A DNA stretch of 61,866 nucleotides, filler included, from Candidatus Woesearchaeota archaeon (GTDB lineage: Archaea > Nanobdellota > Nanobdellia > Woesearchaeales > GCA-2687795), in NCBI GenBank assembly GCA_030753365.1. It is 5 parts of 5 records of this genome, joined end to end, with 100 filler letters (N's around TTAATTAATTAA, not from the genome) between each part and the next. Parts side by side here need not be neighbours in the genome. Positions count along the whole stretch, not along the records: positions 45,426 to 59,374 come from JASMCJ010000049.1; positions 59,475 to 61,866 come from JASMCJ010000055.1; 3 more parts are not named here. The stretch is one strand, 5' to 3'. The notes beneath the pieces were generated by a model, which was not told the origin of the DNA, ran no database searches, and saw only the letters and a program-made list of their open reading frames with translations. Below are positions 48,424 through 59,784 of this stretch, in pieces; the stretch's first letter is position 1, and each line of letters starts with the position of its first letter. A program made the translations under genes and the position numbers.

Positions 48424-48942
48424 ATGGCCATTAAACCTAATCTAATAGTAACACATGAGCCTTCTCATATAGGAACAGCTAAAAAGGAAGTAGAAAGCTT
48501 GATGGAAGCTATTAAGCACGATGCGAAATTTCTTAAATCTGATGTAGACGGAATATTTCATCTCAAAGTAAAAGACCCAAGAGATACAGTAAAAAAGCTA
48601 AACAAGCTTGCAAAGAAGCAAATAGAGATGTTTGACACAACATTCCATTGGACTCCTATTGATAAATGGTGCAAATCAACAATAAAAGATATGCAGAAAA
48701 CCGCAAAAAGCCTTGCTAAAGACATAAAGAAGACAGATAAATGGAAAATGGAGATTAAAAAGAGGAAAACAAACAAGCATGAGCAGGACCTCATAATGAA
48801 ACTGACCTCTGTCATTGACAGAGCCAATGTTGACCTCAAAAATCCAAAGAAGATAGTCAAAGTAGAGATTATAGGAAACAAGGCAGGATTTAGCCTTCTC
48901 AAAGCAGACGAACTCCTAAAAACAGCTAAATTAAAGAAATAA
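48424..48942 (+). CDS. THUMP domain RNA-binding protein
   Basis: PIDKW, VDLKNPKKIVKVEIIG; RBS GAGGTGA. Confidence 0.8.
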   Translation: MAIKPNLIVTHEPSHIGTAKKEVESLMEAIKHDAKFLKSDVDGIFHLKVKDPRDTVKKLNKLAKKQIEMFDTTFHWTPIDKWCKSTIKDMQKTAKSLAKDIKKTDKWKMEIKKRKTNKHEQDLIMKLTSVIDRANVDLKNPKKIVKVEIIGNKAGFSLLKADELLKTAKLKK

Positions 48943-48960
48943 TTAAGAACCCTAACTCAT

Positions 48961-50255
48961 TTACTTTACCAATTCAGATTCAATAATCTGCTCAAATACT
49001 TCAAATGGTTGCGCACCAGAAACAAATTTTCCATTAATAAAGAACGCTGGTGTTCCTGATACACCTGCTATTTGACCATCTTGTAAGTCTTTTTTAACTT
49101 CATCAGCCTGTTCACCATTATCTAAGCATTCATTAAACGTCTCTATATCTAAGTCCAACTCACCAGCCCATGTTTTAAAATTAGCTATACCTAAACTCTC
49201 TTGATTCTCAAATAACTTATCATGATACTCATAATACATTCCCTGTTCTCCTGCACACTCGGCTGCTTCTGCTGCTTTCTGAGCATTTCTATGAAAACCT
49301 AGTGGAAAATCTCTAAACACTAATCTAACTTTTCCTGTTTTGACATATTTCTCTTCTATTTGAAGTAATGTCTGTAAAGCAAACTTAGCACAATATGGAC
49401 ATTCATAATCACTAAATTCTATTAGTGTAACAGGCGCATCAGGATCTCCTTTAACTTCATCATCATCTATACTAATATCTACTCTTGGTTGTTCACAGTT
49501 TCACTCGCAACCTTAGCCTGCTCTTGTGTAGCAACACCTGCTTCATCGCAAACAGCTTCATTATTAGTCACATCACAAATCTGTTTTGTTAAAGCAGCTT
49601 CATTCTCAATCCCACTGATAGTCAATTCTCCATCATTAATAAGCACAAACCCAGGTATATCCGCTGACTGTGTAAACTTCAATTTTCTGAAGTTAAGTCC
49701 AGCTTTTTCTGCAATTTCTCTAGCAATAGGCTCCATCTTATCACATGCTGTTGTACAGCTATCAGAATCCATATATATAAACTCATTTTCAGATATTTCA
49801 GAATTAAATACTTCAGACTCTTTAACAACTCCTCCAGTAATTCCAAAGCCTTGTGTAAAAATAGAAGCAACCAATAAAACAGAAAGTATCAAAGTTGACG
49901 CAATCCACATAGATGACTTAGATTCAGAGTCATCAGAATCATCATCATAATTCTCTCCAAAATCATTTTCCTTATTTGACTTAAAAGAATCTGTTTTTTC
50001 TTCTTGATGTGCATCTTCTTTACGCAAATCTTTATGTTCTTGGAAAGTATCTTTAGGTACATTCCTTTCTTCATCAAAAGACTTATTCATACTCTCTTTA
50101 TTCTTATGTTCTGGTTCATTATGCTCAGATATTTTATCTTCTGGCCTTCTATCAAAAGAACTTATATCATGACTATTATGGTTATCTGAATGACTATTAA
50201 TTGAATCAGAATTATCTTTCCCAAAAGAAGAATCGTTGTCCTTCACATCATCCAT
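48961..50255 (-). pseudogene. Membrane-anchored DsbA/BdbD-like oxidoreductase, frameshifted near 49495
   Basis: Acidic N-terminus + TM + thioredoxin-like part in one frame; KGDPDAPVTLIEFSDYECPYC, FRDFPL, GVSGTPAFFING in the adjacent frame. Confidence 0.8.
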
Positions 50256-50345
50256 TGTAGAAAGAATGAATATGGGTTTTTTTATAAACTTTTTGTAGGA
50301 TTGTTGCAAATGTTTAAATACCTCTCCCTTAACCATATATATACT

Positions 50346-52421
50346 ATGCCAAAAAAACAAAAAATTCTCATAACAGCAGGACTGCCCTATGCAAACGGCC
50401 CTATCCATATAGGACATTTAGTGGAATACATAGGAACAGACATATACACAAGAGCTTTAAAGCTTATGGGAGAAGACGCCATCTTCTGCTGTGGTGATGA
50501 TGCCCATGGAGCGCCTATAGAAATCAAAGCAAAAGAACAAGGCATAAAGCCTGAACAACTAATTAAAAAGGTATTCAAAGAGCATGTAAGGGATTTCAAG
50601 GCATTTAACATAGAATTCGATTCATATTATACAACCAACAGCAAGGAAAACAAGTTCTACTCAGACTTCATATTCAATCAGGCAAAAAAAAGCGGTCATA
50701 TATACCAAAAAGACATTGAAGTAACTTACTGCAACAAATGCAAAAGAACTCTCCCAGACAGATATGTCAAAGGCAAATGCCCAAAATGCAAAGCAGAAGA
50801 CCAATATGGCGATGTCTGTGAAAAATGCAACGCAACCTATAAAACAACAGACCTTATAGAACCTTACTGCACTCTTTGCAAATCCAAGCCAATAAGAAAA
50901 CTATCAAACCATTATTTCTTTAGGTTAAGCGCCTTCTCTTTCAAGCTAAAGAAATGGCTTGAAACAAACAAAGAATTACAACCAGAAATTAAGAATTACA
51001 TATTCGATTGGATAGAAAAAGGCTTAGAAGACTGGTGCATTTCAAGAGACGCTCCTTATTTCGGCTTTAACATACCTGGTGAGAAAGACAAATACTACTA
51101 TGTTTGGCTCGATGCTCCTATTGGATATATAGCATCAACAGCTAACTACTGCAAAAAGCATAACAAAAAAGCAGACATCTACTGGAAAAGCAAAACCAGC
51201 AAAATAATCCAGTTCATAGGCAAAGATATCATCTACTTCCATTTCCTATTCTGGCCTGCCATGTTAATGGCCGCTGATTTCACACTACCATCATCATTGA
51301 TAGTCCACGGCTTCCTAACAGTAAACAAGGAAAAGATGAGCAAGAGCAGAGGAACACTCTACACAGCAGAAGAGTTCTCTAAACTGCACAACCCTGAATA
51401 CCTTAGATTCTATTTCGCAAGAAATCTTTCCAAAGACATAAACGACATTGACCTAAGTTTCAACGACTTTGAAAAAGTTACAAACAATGAACTCATAGCA
51501 AACATAGGCAACTTTTGTTATAGAGTCACAAGCTTCCTAGACAAGAATTTCAAAGGCACTATAAAAGACACAGACAAAAACAAGAAACTAACAGAACAAA
51601 TAACTAAAAAGATAGAAAAAGTCAAAGAAAATTATTCAAAATTCAACCTCAAAGAAGCAGTCAGGAACATACTAGAAATCAGTGACCTTGGTAACAAATA
51701 TTTCCAGGAGAAAGAACCTTGGAAACTAATCAAAAGAGATAAAAAGAAAACTCAGGAAGTGTTAGGTTTGTGCATCAACATAGTAAATGTACTCGCAACC
51801 TTAATCAGTCCTATAACACCAAAATACAGCGAAGAATTAAGAAAACAGTTATCATTAAAAGAACTAAAACTAAAAGATTTAAAATTTAATCTTAAAAACC
51901 ATAAAACAAGCAAGCCAAAAATAATAATAAGCAAGATTGAGGTAAAAAAAATGAACCAAACATTTCCTTTAAACCTTAAAGTAGCCAAAATAATAGATGT
52001 AAAAGAACATCCTGACGCAGACAAACTAATAATACTAGACATTGACTTAGGCTCAGAAAAAAGAACATTAGTCGCAGGACTAAAAAATCATTACGCTGAA
52101 GAAGAACTAAAAGATAAGCTAATAATAGTTGTAACCAATCTAAAACCTGCAAAACTACGAGGCGTAGAAAGCAACGGCATGCTCTTAGCAGGCGATGATG
52201 GAGACAATGTAAGCGTTCTAACCGTAAACAAAAGCAAGCCAGGAGATTCAGTTTACTTTGACGATTATGACAATTCAACCGCCCAAATCACTTATGACGA
52301 ATTTCTAAAAGTAAGCATGAAAGTCAAAAACGGAAAAGTAATTTATAATAACAAAACCTTAAAGACAGATAATGAAGAAATCACCGTTGAAAAGGTTAAA
52401 GATGGAGCAAACGTAAGGTAA
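50346..52421 (+). CDS. metG: Methionyl-tRNA synthetase with C-terminal tRNA-binding domain
   Basis: LPYANGPIHIGH, Zn knuckles, YVWLDAP, KMSKS, HPDADKL. Confidence 0.97.
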   Translation: MPKKQKILITAGLPYANGPIHIGHLVEYIGTDIYTRALKLMGEDAIFCCGDDAHGAPIEIKAKEQGIKPEQLIKKVFKEHVRDFKAFNIEFDSYYTTNSKENKFYSDFIFNQAKKSGHIYQKDIEVTYCNKCKRTLPDRYVKGKCPKCKAEDQYGDVCEKCNATYKTTDLIEPYCTLCKSKPIRKLSNHYFFRLSAFSFKLKKWLETNKELQPEIKNYIFDWIEKGLEDWCISRDAPYFGFNIPGEKDKYYYVWLDAPIGYIASTANYCKKHNKKADIYWKSKTSKIIQFIGKDIIYFHFLFWPAMLMAADFTLPSSLIVHGFLTVNKEKMSKSRGTLYTAEEFSKLHNPEYLRFYFARNLSKDINDIDLSFNDFEKVTNNELIANIGNFCYRVTSFLDKNFKGTIKDTDKNKKLTEQITKKIEKVKENYSKFNLKEAVRNILEISDLGNKYFQEKEPWKLIKRDKKKTQEVLGLCINIVNVLATLISPITPKYSEELRKQLSLKELKLKDLKFNLKNHKTSKPKIIISKIEVKKMNQTFPLNLKVAKIIDVKEHPDADKLIILDIDLGSEKRTLVAGLKNHYAEEELKDKLIIVVTNLKPAKLRGVESNGMLLAGDDGDNVSVLTVNKSKPGDSVYFDDYDNSTAQITYDEFLKVSMKVKNGKVIYNNKTLKTDNEEITVEKVKDGANVR

Positions 52422-52448
52422 TTATAAGTTAACTATCTTAAGTAAGAA

Positions 52449-52787
52449 TCATCTGCAATACTTCTCTACAAATCCAGACAATTTTTCATAAGATATAACT
52501 GTATCAGTCACTATTTCAGCCATCGTTCTTTCAGGAGAACAATCTCCTAAATAGACTAAAGGCACAGAAGGATATTTTGCATTAATCAGTTTAATAAAAG
52601 ACTCATAATCTTTAATAGGTTTATTACAACCAAAAAGGATTAATGCGATATCATCACAAGACTTCAATACATTAACACCTTCAGTCTCATTATGAACCGC
52701 TATAGCTCTACAACCTTCATCCTCTATAACACCAGAGAACGCACTTCTCCAGCCTTCTTTATTATCAATTATTAAGACTTTTTTCAT
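52449..52787 (-). CDS. Degenerate single-domain response-regulator receiver
   Basis: KKVLIID, alternating beta/alpha pattern; phospho-acceptor Asp not evident. Confidence 0.55.
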   Translation of the reverse strand: MKKVLIIDNKEGWRSAFSGVIEDEGCRAIAVHNETEGVNVLKSCDDIALILFGCNKPIKDYESFIKLINAKYPSVPLVYLGDCSPERTMAEIVTDTVISYEKLSGFVEKYCR

Positions 52788-52892
52788 TTTATTTTCCTTA
52801 AAACACATAAAATACCTCTTTATATATAAATAAAATTGTTTTTTGACTGCCAAACGACAACTTTATATACTAAAATACTCAGGAAATTATTA

Positions 52893-53681
52893 ATGAGCTC
52901 TCAACAAAAACCTCAGCAAAGTCATCAGCAGCAAATCTTCCAATTATTATTTGAAAACGATGAAGTAACCTGGAAATCTATCATCTTTGATCTCATAAAA
53001 TCTGAAGAAATGGATCCATGGGACATCAATATATCCTTATTAGCAAAGAAATATCTAACAACACTAAAGAAAATAAAAGAGATGAATTTTAGGGTCTCAG
53101 GAAAAGTAGTGCTTGCTGCAGCCATCCTTCTAAAAATCAAATCAAACAGATTAGTAGGCAGAGACCTTGACGAGCTTGACAGATTGATTTCTGCAGGCGA
53201 AGAAGCTGAAGAAGGCTTCCTTGAAGATTATGATCCCAGCCAGGAAGACTACCTAAACCAAAGAAAGCGTGACATACCAGGCCTTATCCCAAGAACACCT
53301 CAGCCAAGGAAAAGGAAAGTATCTGTCTATGACCTCATGAACGCATTACAGAAAGCACTTGAAGTCAAAAAAAGAAGAGTAATCAATTCCATACCCATCG
53401 GCAGCCTAAAAGCTCCAGATAAAGGCGTGGACATCAGTCAGATTATTCATGAATTACACTTGAAAATAAGAACATTCTTCTCAGGTGGGAAAAAACAGTT
53501 AATGTTCTCAAATCTTATACCGTCAGACAAAAAAGAAGACAAAGTATTAACATTTATCCCATTGCTACACCTAACCAACCAAAGAAAAATAGGCCTCTTC
53601 CAGTCACAGCACTTTGAAGATATCCAAGTCAGCCTTCTAAGCACAAAAAAAGAGATAGATCAAGAATTAGGCTCAGAATAA
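52893..53681 (+). CDS. scpA: Segregation and condensation protein A (kleisin)
   Basis: MDPWDINI, AAILLKIKS, FIPLLHL, Q..FEDI. Confidence 0.9.
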   Translation: MSSQQKPQQSHQQQIFQLLFENDEVTWKSIIFDLIKSEEMDPWDINISLLAKKYLTTLKKIKEMNFRVSGKVVLAAAILLKIKSNRLVGRDLDELDRLISAGEEAEEGFLEDYDPSQEDYLNQRKRDIPGLIPRTPQPRKRKVSVYDLMNALQKALEVKKRRVINSIPIGSLKAPDKGVDISQIIHELHLKIRTFFSGGKKQLMFSNLIPSDKKEDKVLTFIPLLHLTNQRKIGLFQSQHFEDIQVSLLSTKKEIDQELGSE

Positions 53682-53760
53682 AGTCAACAACCGCCTTATT
53701 TCATATTAACCCATAATACAAAAAACTATTTAAACTCCTAAAGCTTTTTCTCATATTAAC

Positions 53761-53925
53761 ATGACATTTACACAAAAAGAGAAGGAATTAGTAAAATATT
53801 TAGTAAAAAAAGAGCTGAAAACCTTCGAAAACGAAGAAAAAGAAATAAGGCCAAGCCTTCCTTTCCTCAAAGGAGAAGAAGAATATGACCTATTCCTTAA
53901 AGCGTTACTAAAGAAACTTGAATAA
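53761..53925 (+). CDS. 54-aa hypothetical protein
   Basis: Clean ORF MTFTQKEKELVKYLVKKEL... between a TATA-like site and pfdA. Confidence 0.55.
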   Translation: MTFTQKEKELVKYLVKKELKTFENEEKEIRPSLPFLKGEEEYDLFLKALLKKLE

Positions 53926-53937
53926 AGGAGTGATCAC

Positions 53938-54354
53938 ATGAAAGCAGAAGAACAGCAAGCATTGCAACAGAGATACATGGAACTACAGATGATAAACAAT
54001 CAGATAAAGCAATATCAAAAGCAGATTCAATTATTTGAAAATCAGTTAATAGAACTGGACACACTAAACCAAGGTATTATTAACATAGGCAGCACAAAGC
54101 CAGGAACAGAAATTCTTGCTTCATTAGGCCCAGGCATATTTGTTAAAGCAGAGTTAAAAGACAACAAAAATTTCCTAGTTAATGTAGGCTCTGGCACAAA
54201 CGTAAAGAAAGATGCCTCCTCAACACAGGAATTGATCAATAACCAAGCAGAACAATTAAAAAAACTATTAGAACAAAGCATGGGAGAATTACAAAATCTC
54301 ACATTGCAAGCAAGAACAATAGAACAAGACATCAGCACAACGCTAAAAGAATAA
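53938..54354 (+). CDS. pfdA: Prefoldin alpha subunit
   Basis: Coiled coils flanking EILASLGPGIFVKA..FLVNVGSG; precedes ftsY. Confidence 0.92.
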   Translation: MKAEEQQALQQRYMELQMINNQIKQYQKQIQLFENQLIELDTLNQGIINIGSTKPGTEILASLGPGIFVKAELKDNKNFLVNVGSGTNVKKDASSTQELINNQAEQLKKLLEQSMGELQNLTLQARTIEQDISTTLKE

Positions 54355-54363
54355 AAAACCAAA

Positions 54364-56199
54364 ATGTTTAATTTCTTAAAAAAAAAATTAAAAGACACCA
54401 TTTCAAAGTTTTCTGAAAAGGTTAAAGAAGAGGGCAAAGAGGAAGAAGTTTCTCCAGAAGACATAAAGAAAGAAGAATTAGAAAGCCTAGAACAAAAAGA
54501 AATTAAAAAGACAGAAGAAAAAGAGAAAACAGAAACTTCAAAGAAAGAAACTCCCAAACCAACCACAACGGACATACTTAAAGAAATTGAAGAAGAAGAA
54601 AAGGAAAGCAAAAGAAAATCAGAAGCTAAAGAACAAAAGCCTGAAAAGCAAGCAGAACCACAAGAAACCAAAAAGCAAGACATATGTGAAACACTCCCTC
54701 TCTCCAGAGAAGAAGCCTGGGAATTAATTCTTAAACATAACAAAGATAAATCTGACTTAAACCATTATCTTGAATCAGAAGCTATCATGAAAGCTTTGGC
54801 AAAAAAGCTAGGGCGTGACGAAGAATATTGGAGCATGTTAGGATTACTTCATGACGTTGACTGGGGAACAACAAAAGAAGATACTCCAACTCATCTCACA
54901 AAAGCCCCTGAAATCCTTAAAAATGTTGGATTCTCAGACGAATTTGTTTCTGTTGTAGTATCACACGGCTATGGTTTTGACTGTGCTGGATTAAAAGACA
55001 AAGCCAGAAGCAAAGAAATAGAACACGCCTTATCATGTTCTGAAACAATAACAGGATTAATTCACACTTATGCCCTAATGAAAGGCTCAGTTGATGACAT
55101 GAAAGCTAAGGGTCTAAAGAAAAAGTTCAAAGACAAAAGATTTGCTGCCGCAATAAACCGAGACATAATAAAAGAATCTGAAAAGCTTGGCCTAAGCCTT
55201 GAAGAATTCTTTGAGTTATCAATAAAAGCAGTGCAAGGTATCAAAAATCAGGTTGGCCTTGGAGAGAAAGAAGAGATTAAAGAAGCTGAAACAAAAGAAA
55301 CTCCAGAACAGGAACAGCCTGAAAAAAAGAAATTCTTTGAAAAGATAAAAGAAAAAATAACCACCACAAAAATAGACGAAAAACAATTCGAAAAACTGTT
55401 CTGGGACATGGAAGTAGCTCTCCTTGAAAGTAATATTGCAGTAGAAGTAATAACCAAAATCAAAGAAGACATAAAAGAAAGGATAGTCAACAAGCCAATC
55501 ATAAGAAACACAGTAGAAAAAGAAATAATAAGCACATTAAGAAACTCTCTTGAAGAAACTCTTACAGTTAAACAAATTAACATAATAGACGAAATAAAGA
55601 AAAAAAGCCCATATGTAATCTGCTTTGTCGGCATAAACGGCTCAGGCAAAACAACAACCATTTCAAAGATTGCCAGCTTACTCCTAAAAAACAACATAAA
55701 AAGCATTCTTGCTGCAGGAGACACATGGAGAAAAGCAGCAATCGAACAATTAGAAGTGCATGGAAAAAAGCTCAACCTCCCTGTAGTCAAGCAGGATTAT
55801 GGTGCAGACCCTGCCGCAGTCGCCTACGATGCAATAGCCATGGCAAAAGCAAGAAACTATGAAGCAGTCCTAATAGACACAGCCGGAAGAATGCACTCCA
55901 ACCAAAACCTCATGGATGAATTAAAAAAAGTGGTAAGAATAGCCAAGCCGGACATGACAATCTTTGTAGGTGAATCAATCACAGGAAACGACTGCACAAA
56001 CCAGGCAAAGCAATTCAATGAAGCAGTAGGCATTGACGGAATCATATTATCTAAAGCAGACATAGACGAAAAAGGCGGAGCAGCAATATCAATATCTTAC
56101 ATCACAAAGAAACCAATTCTCTACTTAGGAACAGGTCAGACATTAGATTCTTTAGAAGAATTTAACAAAGAAAAACTCATTGAAAGCATGGGATTATAG
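54364..56199 (+). CDS. ftsY: SRP receptor FtsY with an inserted HD (HDIG-like) domain
   Basis: GINGSGKTT, DTAGR, KADID.KGG; residues about 111-299 carry H...LLHDVD...H...SHG. Confidence 0.9.
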   Translation: MFNFLKKKLKDTISKFSEKVKEEGKEEEVSPEDIKKEELESLEQKEIKKTEEKEKTETSKKETPKPTTTDILKEIEEEEKESKRKSEAKEQKPEKQAEPQETKKQDICETLPLSREEAWELILKHNKDKSDLNHYLESEAIMKALAKKLGRDEEYWSMLGLLHDVDWGTTKEDTPTHLTKAPEILKNVGFSDEFVSVVVSHGYGFDCAGLKDKARSKEIEHALSCSETITGLIHTYALMKGSVDDMKAKGLKKKFKDKRFAAAINRDIIKESEKLGLSLEEFFELSIKAVQGIKNQVGLGEKEEIKEAETKETPEQEQPEKKKFFEKIKEKITTTKIDEKQFEKLFWDMEVALLESNIAVEVITKIKEDIKERIVNKPIIRNTVEKEIISTLRNSLEETLTVKQINIIDEIKKKSPYVICFVGINGSGKTTTISKIASLLLKNNIKSILAAGDTWRKAAIEQLEVHGKKLNLPVVKQDYGADPAAVAYDAIAMAKARNYEAVLIDTAGRMHSNQNLMDELKKVVRIAKPDMTIFVGESITGNDCTNQAKQFNEAVGIDGIILSKADIDEKGGAAISISYITKKPILYLGTGQTLDSLEEFNKEKLIESMGL

Positions 56200-56200
56200 T

Positions 56201-56557
56201 TTATTCAATCCTTCTTATTCTCTCAGCAATAATTTCCATCTCCCCCTCATAATCCTCAATTTTGCCTATAATCTCAACATAATCATTATCTTCTAACCCT
56301 AACGCATTGTCATCCTTTTCCCTAAAAATAACAACCTTTGCAGTAGAGGGCTGCGAAACATCAATAAAAGTAACCTTATCAAGCTCTGTAACCCTCTCCA
56401 CCTTTCCCAGAACCTTTACCATATTGCCAATAGCCTCATCATTAATCTCATCCAAACTTAACTCTTTAATCTTAATATTATCAGAAATCACATACAAAAC
56501 AAATATTCCCAACAATGTAGTAATTAAGGCAATCTTTAATAAAAGAGATTCTTTCAT
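56201..56557 (-). CDS. Membrane-anchored OB-fold protein
   Basis: N-terminal TM, VKVLGKV, VEIIGKIEDYEGEMEI. Confidence 0.7.
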   Translation of the reverse strand: MKESLLLKIALITTLLGIFVLYVISDNIKIKELSLDEINDEAIGNMVKVLGKVERVTELDKVTFIDVSQPSTAKVVIFREKDDNALGLEDNDYVEIIGKIEDYEGEMEIIAERIRRIE

Positions 56558-56671
56558 TAAACTTCGTTAATAAGCATTAATTTAAATATATTACTAAGGT
56601 TAGCAAGCATATCTTAAGTATATCTTATAATAAGCAAACCTTTTTAAGATTATACACTTTTCCCTATAAAA

Positions 56672-59374
56672 ATGGTTGAAGAAGATAAAGAAAAAGAAGA
56701 TGATGAAGAATTAGACATAGATTTCAGTAAAATAAAAAAATTCTTCAAAAACCTCTTTAAAGAAGACAAAGAGGAAGAAAAGAAAGAGCTCAAAAAAGAG
56801 ATAAAAGAAGTAGATAAAGAGCTAAAAGAAGATATCAAAGAAAAGAAAGAAGATTTAAAAGAGATAAAAGAAGAAGAACAAGAAATCAAGGAAATAAAAC
56901 AAGATATTGAAGGAAAATCTTCTGGAAAAGAGCTTGAAAATGCAAAAAAAGATCTCAAAGAGCTAAAAGAAGACATTGAAGAAGAAAAAGATGAAGAAGA
57001 TATATCCATTGACTTTAGCAAAATAAAAGGAGTATTCAAAAACATAGGAAAAAGCCTAAAAGAAGGAAACAAAGAAGAAAAAGCTAAAGAAGACGAAGAA
57101 GAAATATCCTTTGATATCTCCAAAGCAAAAACCTTCTACACAAAATATAAACATTACATAATACCTATATTTTTCATACTAATCGCAGGTTTTTTCTCAG
57201 TTTATTTGAGAGTAATGCCAGCTTATCTTCCTATCACAGATGATTGGGCTGCAAACTCAGTTCATAACAGTATCAGATCGCAAATACGCGGCGAAATAAG
57301 TCAGCAATATCCAAACCTGCCAGATGCTAATAAAAATGCGTTAGTTGAAGCAGAATTCAAAAAAATACTAAAAGCCCAAAAAGGTCCAATACAACAACAA
57401 ATAGATGGTACCTCCCAATTCTTCAAATCAAATCTCAAGAATGAAAAAGGAACAACATATTTGCTAGCAATAGATCCCTATTACTGGTATAGATATTCAA
57501 GAAATGTAATTGAAAAAGGAACAACTGCAGACATAGTTAAAGACGGTATCCTTTGGGACGATCATATGCTAGCTCCTTTAGGCAGAGGAGCTGACAGGAA
57601 CTTCCATATATATTTTGAAGTCTTCTTATATAAGATAACTTCCTTCTTTAACAAAGACATCGACCTAATGAAAGTTGCTTTTTATATTCCAGTTATAATA
57701 TCCTTACTATCAGTAATACCAAGTTTTTTCATCGCAAGAAGAATGGGAGGGAATTTAGGCGGCTTGATTGCAGCATTAATGGTTGCTATTCATCCAACAC
57801 TACTTGGAAGAACCGCTGGAGGATTCTCTGACACTGACGCATACAATGTATTCTTCCCCTTAGTTATAACATGGTTATTCCTAGAAGCCTTTGAATCAAA
57901 AAACTTAAAAAATAAGATCACGCTTGCCTCTCTTGCAGGCTTCTTCGTTGGCTTATTTTCATTCTCCTGGATGGGCTGGTGGTACATATTTGACTTTATC
58001 ATAGCTTCTTTATTATTTTACATTGTATACTTCACCCTTGTTCACAGAGAACAGCTAAAAAAAGGTGTTTCACACTTTATATTCAACACACCACTTAAAA
58101 GTACATTATTCCTACTCATCACATTTGTAGTTGCATCAGGCATATTTGTAACCATATTCACAGATTTTAACATCTTCAGAATAGCACCTCTACAACCTCT
58201 CAGCTTTACTCAAATGAAAGTGGTAGGCGTTGCAAAAATCTGGCCTAATGTTCTCACAACAGTAGCCGAACAGAACGAAGCCTCTTTAAACAATGTCATT
58301 AATCAGATAGGAATAGGAAAACGACTCTTCTTTTTAATAAGTTTAATAGGAATAGTTCTCATGCTAGTAAGAAAACGTAATAAGAGGAGAAGCGACTTAT
58401 GGTTCATCTCTCTTTCAAGCTTATGGTATTTTATTCTCCTTGCTTTTAAGCCTCAGGACCTCCACACATTCATCATCTTAATCTGTTTACCAATAATAGC
58501 CAAAATATTACTAGCCTTAAAAGAAAAAGACACAAAAATAGACATAAAACTTGCAATCATACTAATCATATGGTTTATAGCCACGATTTATGCAAGTACC
58601 AAAGGCATCAGATTCTTATTATTATTTGTACCTGCATTCAGCCTAGCATTTGGTATTGCATTAGGAATTATTTATGAATACAGCTCCAAGCTAATATCCA
58701 AAAGCCTGAATATACATCCCATTATCACAAGAACAGCATTACTATTGTTAATATTCTTCTTATTCATATTAAATCCTATAAATGCTGCAAAAGCAACAGC
58801 TAAAAGCGAAATACCATCAATGAACGATGCCTGGTACTCATCATTAGAAAAAATCAGGCTTGAATCAGAGCCAGATGCAATTGTTAATTCCTGGTGGGAC
58901 TTTGGTCATTGGTTCAAAGCTATTGCAGACAGGACAGTCACATTTGACGGCACAACCCAAGACACTCCTCAAGCGCACTGGATAGGTAACACTCTTCTAA
59001 CAAACGATGAAGACACTGCCATAGGCATTCTAAGAATGCTTGACTGCGGCGCAACCAACGCCTTTGACGAACTTGACAAAGTCATCAACGAAGGAGCCAC
59101 ATCAGTAGATATACTATATGAAATCATCGTTCAAGACAAAGAAACTGCAGAAGAAACATTAACCACCAAATACAGCCTCACACAAGAACAATCTACTAAA
59201 GTCCTTCAAAACACCCATTGTGATCCTCCTGAAAATTATTTCATAACCTCAGAAGACATGATAGGTAAAAGCGGGGTATGGGGCCACTTTGGCTCATGGA
59301 ACTTTGACAGGGCAACCATCTACAACACTCTAGTCAAAAAAGAATACAAAGATAACAAGGAAAAAGGTATTCAG
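56672..59374 (+). CDS. aglB: Oligosaccharyltransferase AglB/STT3 (partial)
   Basis: IDPYY, GFSDTD, TVAEQ, SWWDFGH; runs into the gap. Confidence 0.93.
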
Positions 59375-59474
59375 NNNNNNNNNNNNNNNNNNNNNNNNNN
59401 NNNNNNNNNNNNNNNNNNTTAATTAATTAANNNNNNNNNNNNNNNNNNNNNNNNNNNNNNNNNNNNNNNNNNNN
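59375..59474. other. Artificial contig linker
   Basis: N run with TTAATTAATTAA. Confidence 0.97.
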
Positions 59475-59620
59475 TCATCCTTAACCTGCTCCTTCAGCAG
59501 CGAAATAATCTCTTTCTTCTCGTTAGGAGGCAAAGAACTCAATATAGAAAGAAGGATATCTCTATTCTGTGCTAAAAAAGATTTCTCTATTTGCAGCTTT
59601 TTTCTCTCAGTTTTGGCCAA
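59475..59620 (-). CDS. Hypothetical protein N-terminus (partial)
   Basis: TTG-start ORF running into the gap, TATA box upstream. Confidence 0.4.
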
Positions 59621-59625
59621 AATAT

Positions 59626-59695
59626 CTTACTATGTAATCCTATAATATATAAACCTTTTCCTAATATTCATTAAAAACCTTATTATGTAATCCTA
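59626..59695. promoter_or_regulatory. 17-bp direct repeat CTTAYTATGTAATCCTA flanking a TATA box
   Basis: Copies at 59626-59642 and 59679-59695 with one mismatch. Confidence 0.55.
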
Positions 59696-59784
59696 AACAC
59701 TTATTAATTAATCCTTTAAACCTCTCCAAAATTAAACCACTCAAAGAAACATTTAAATAAGTCTGAAAACAGAAAATACCTGTA

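Noticed and set aside
54042..54743. Long antisense ORFs (also 23242-23811, 55248-55790, 56650-57123 and similar)
   Set aside because: Ser/Phe-rich shadows of E/K-rich genes on the opposite strand, with no independent motifs.
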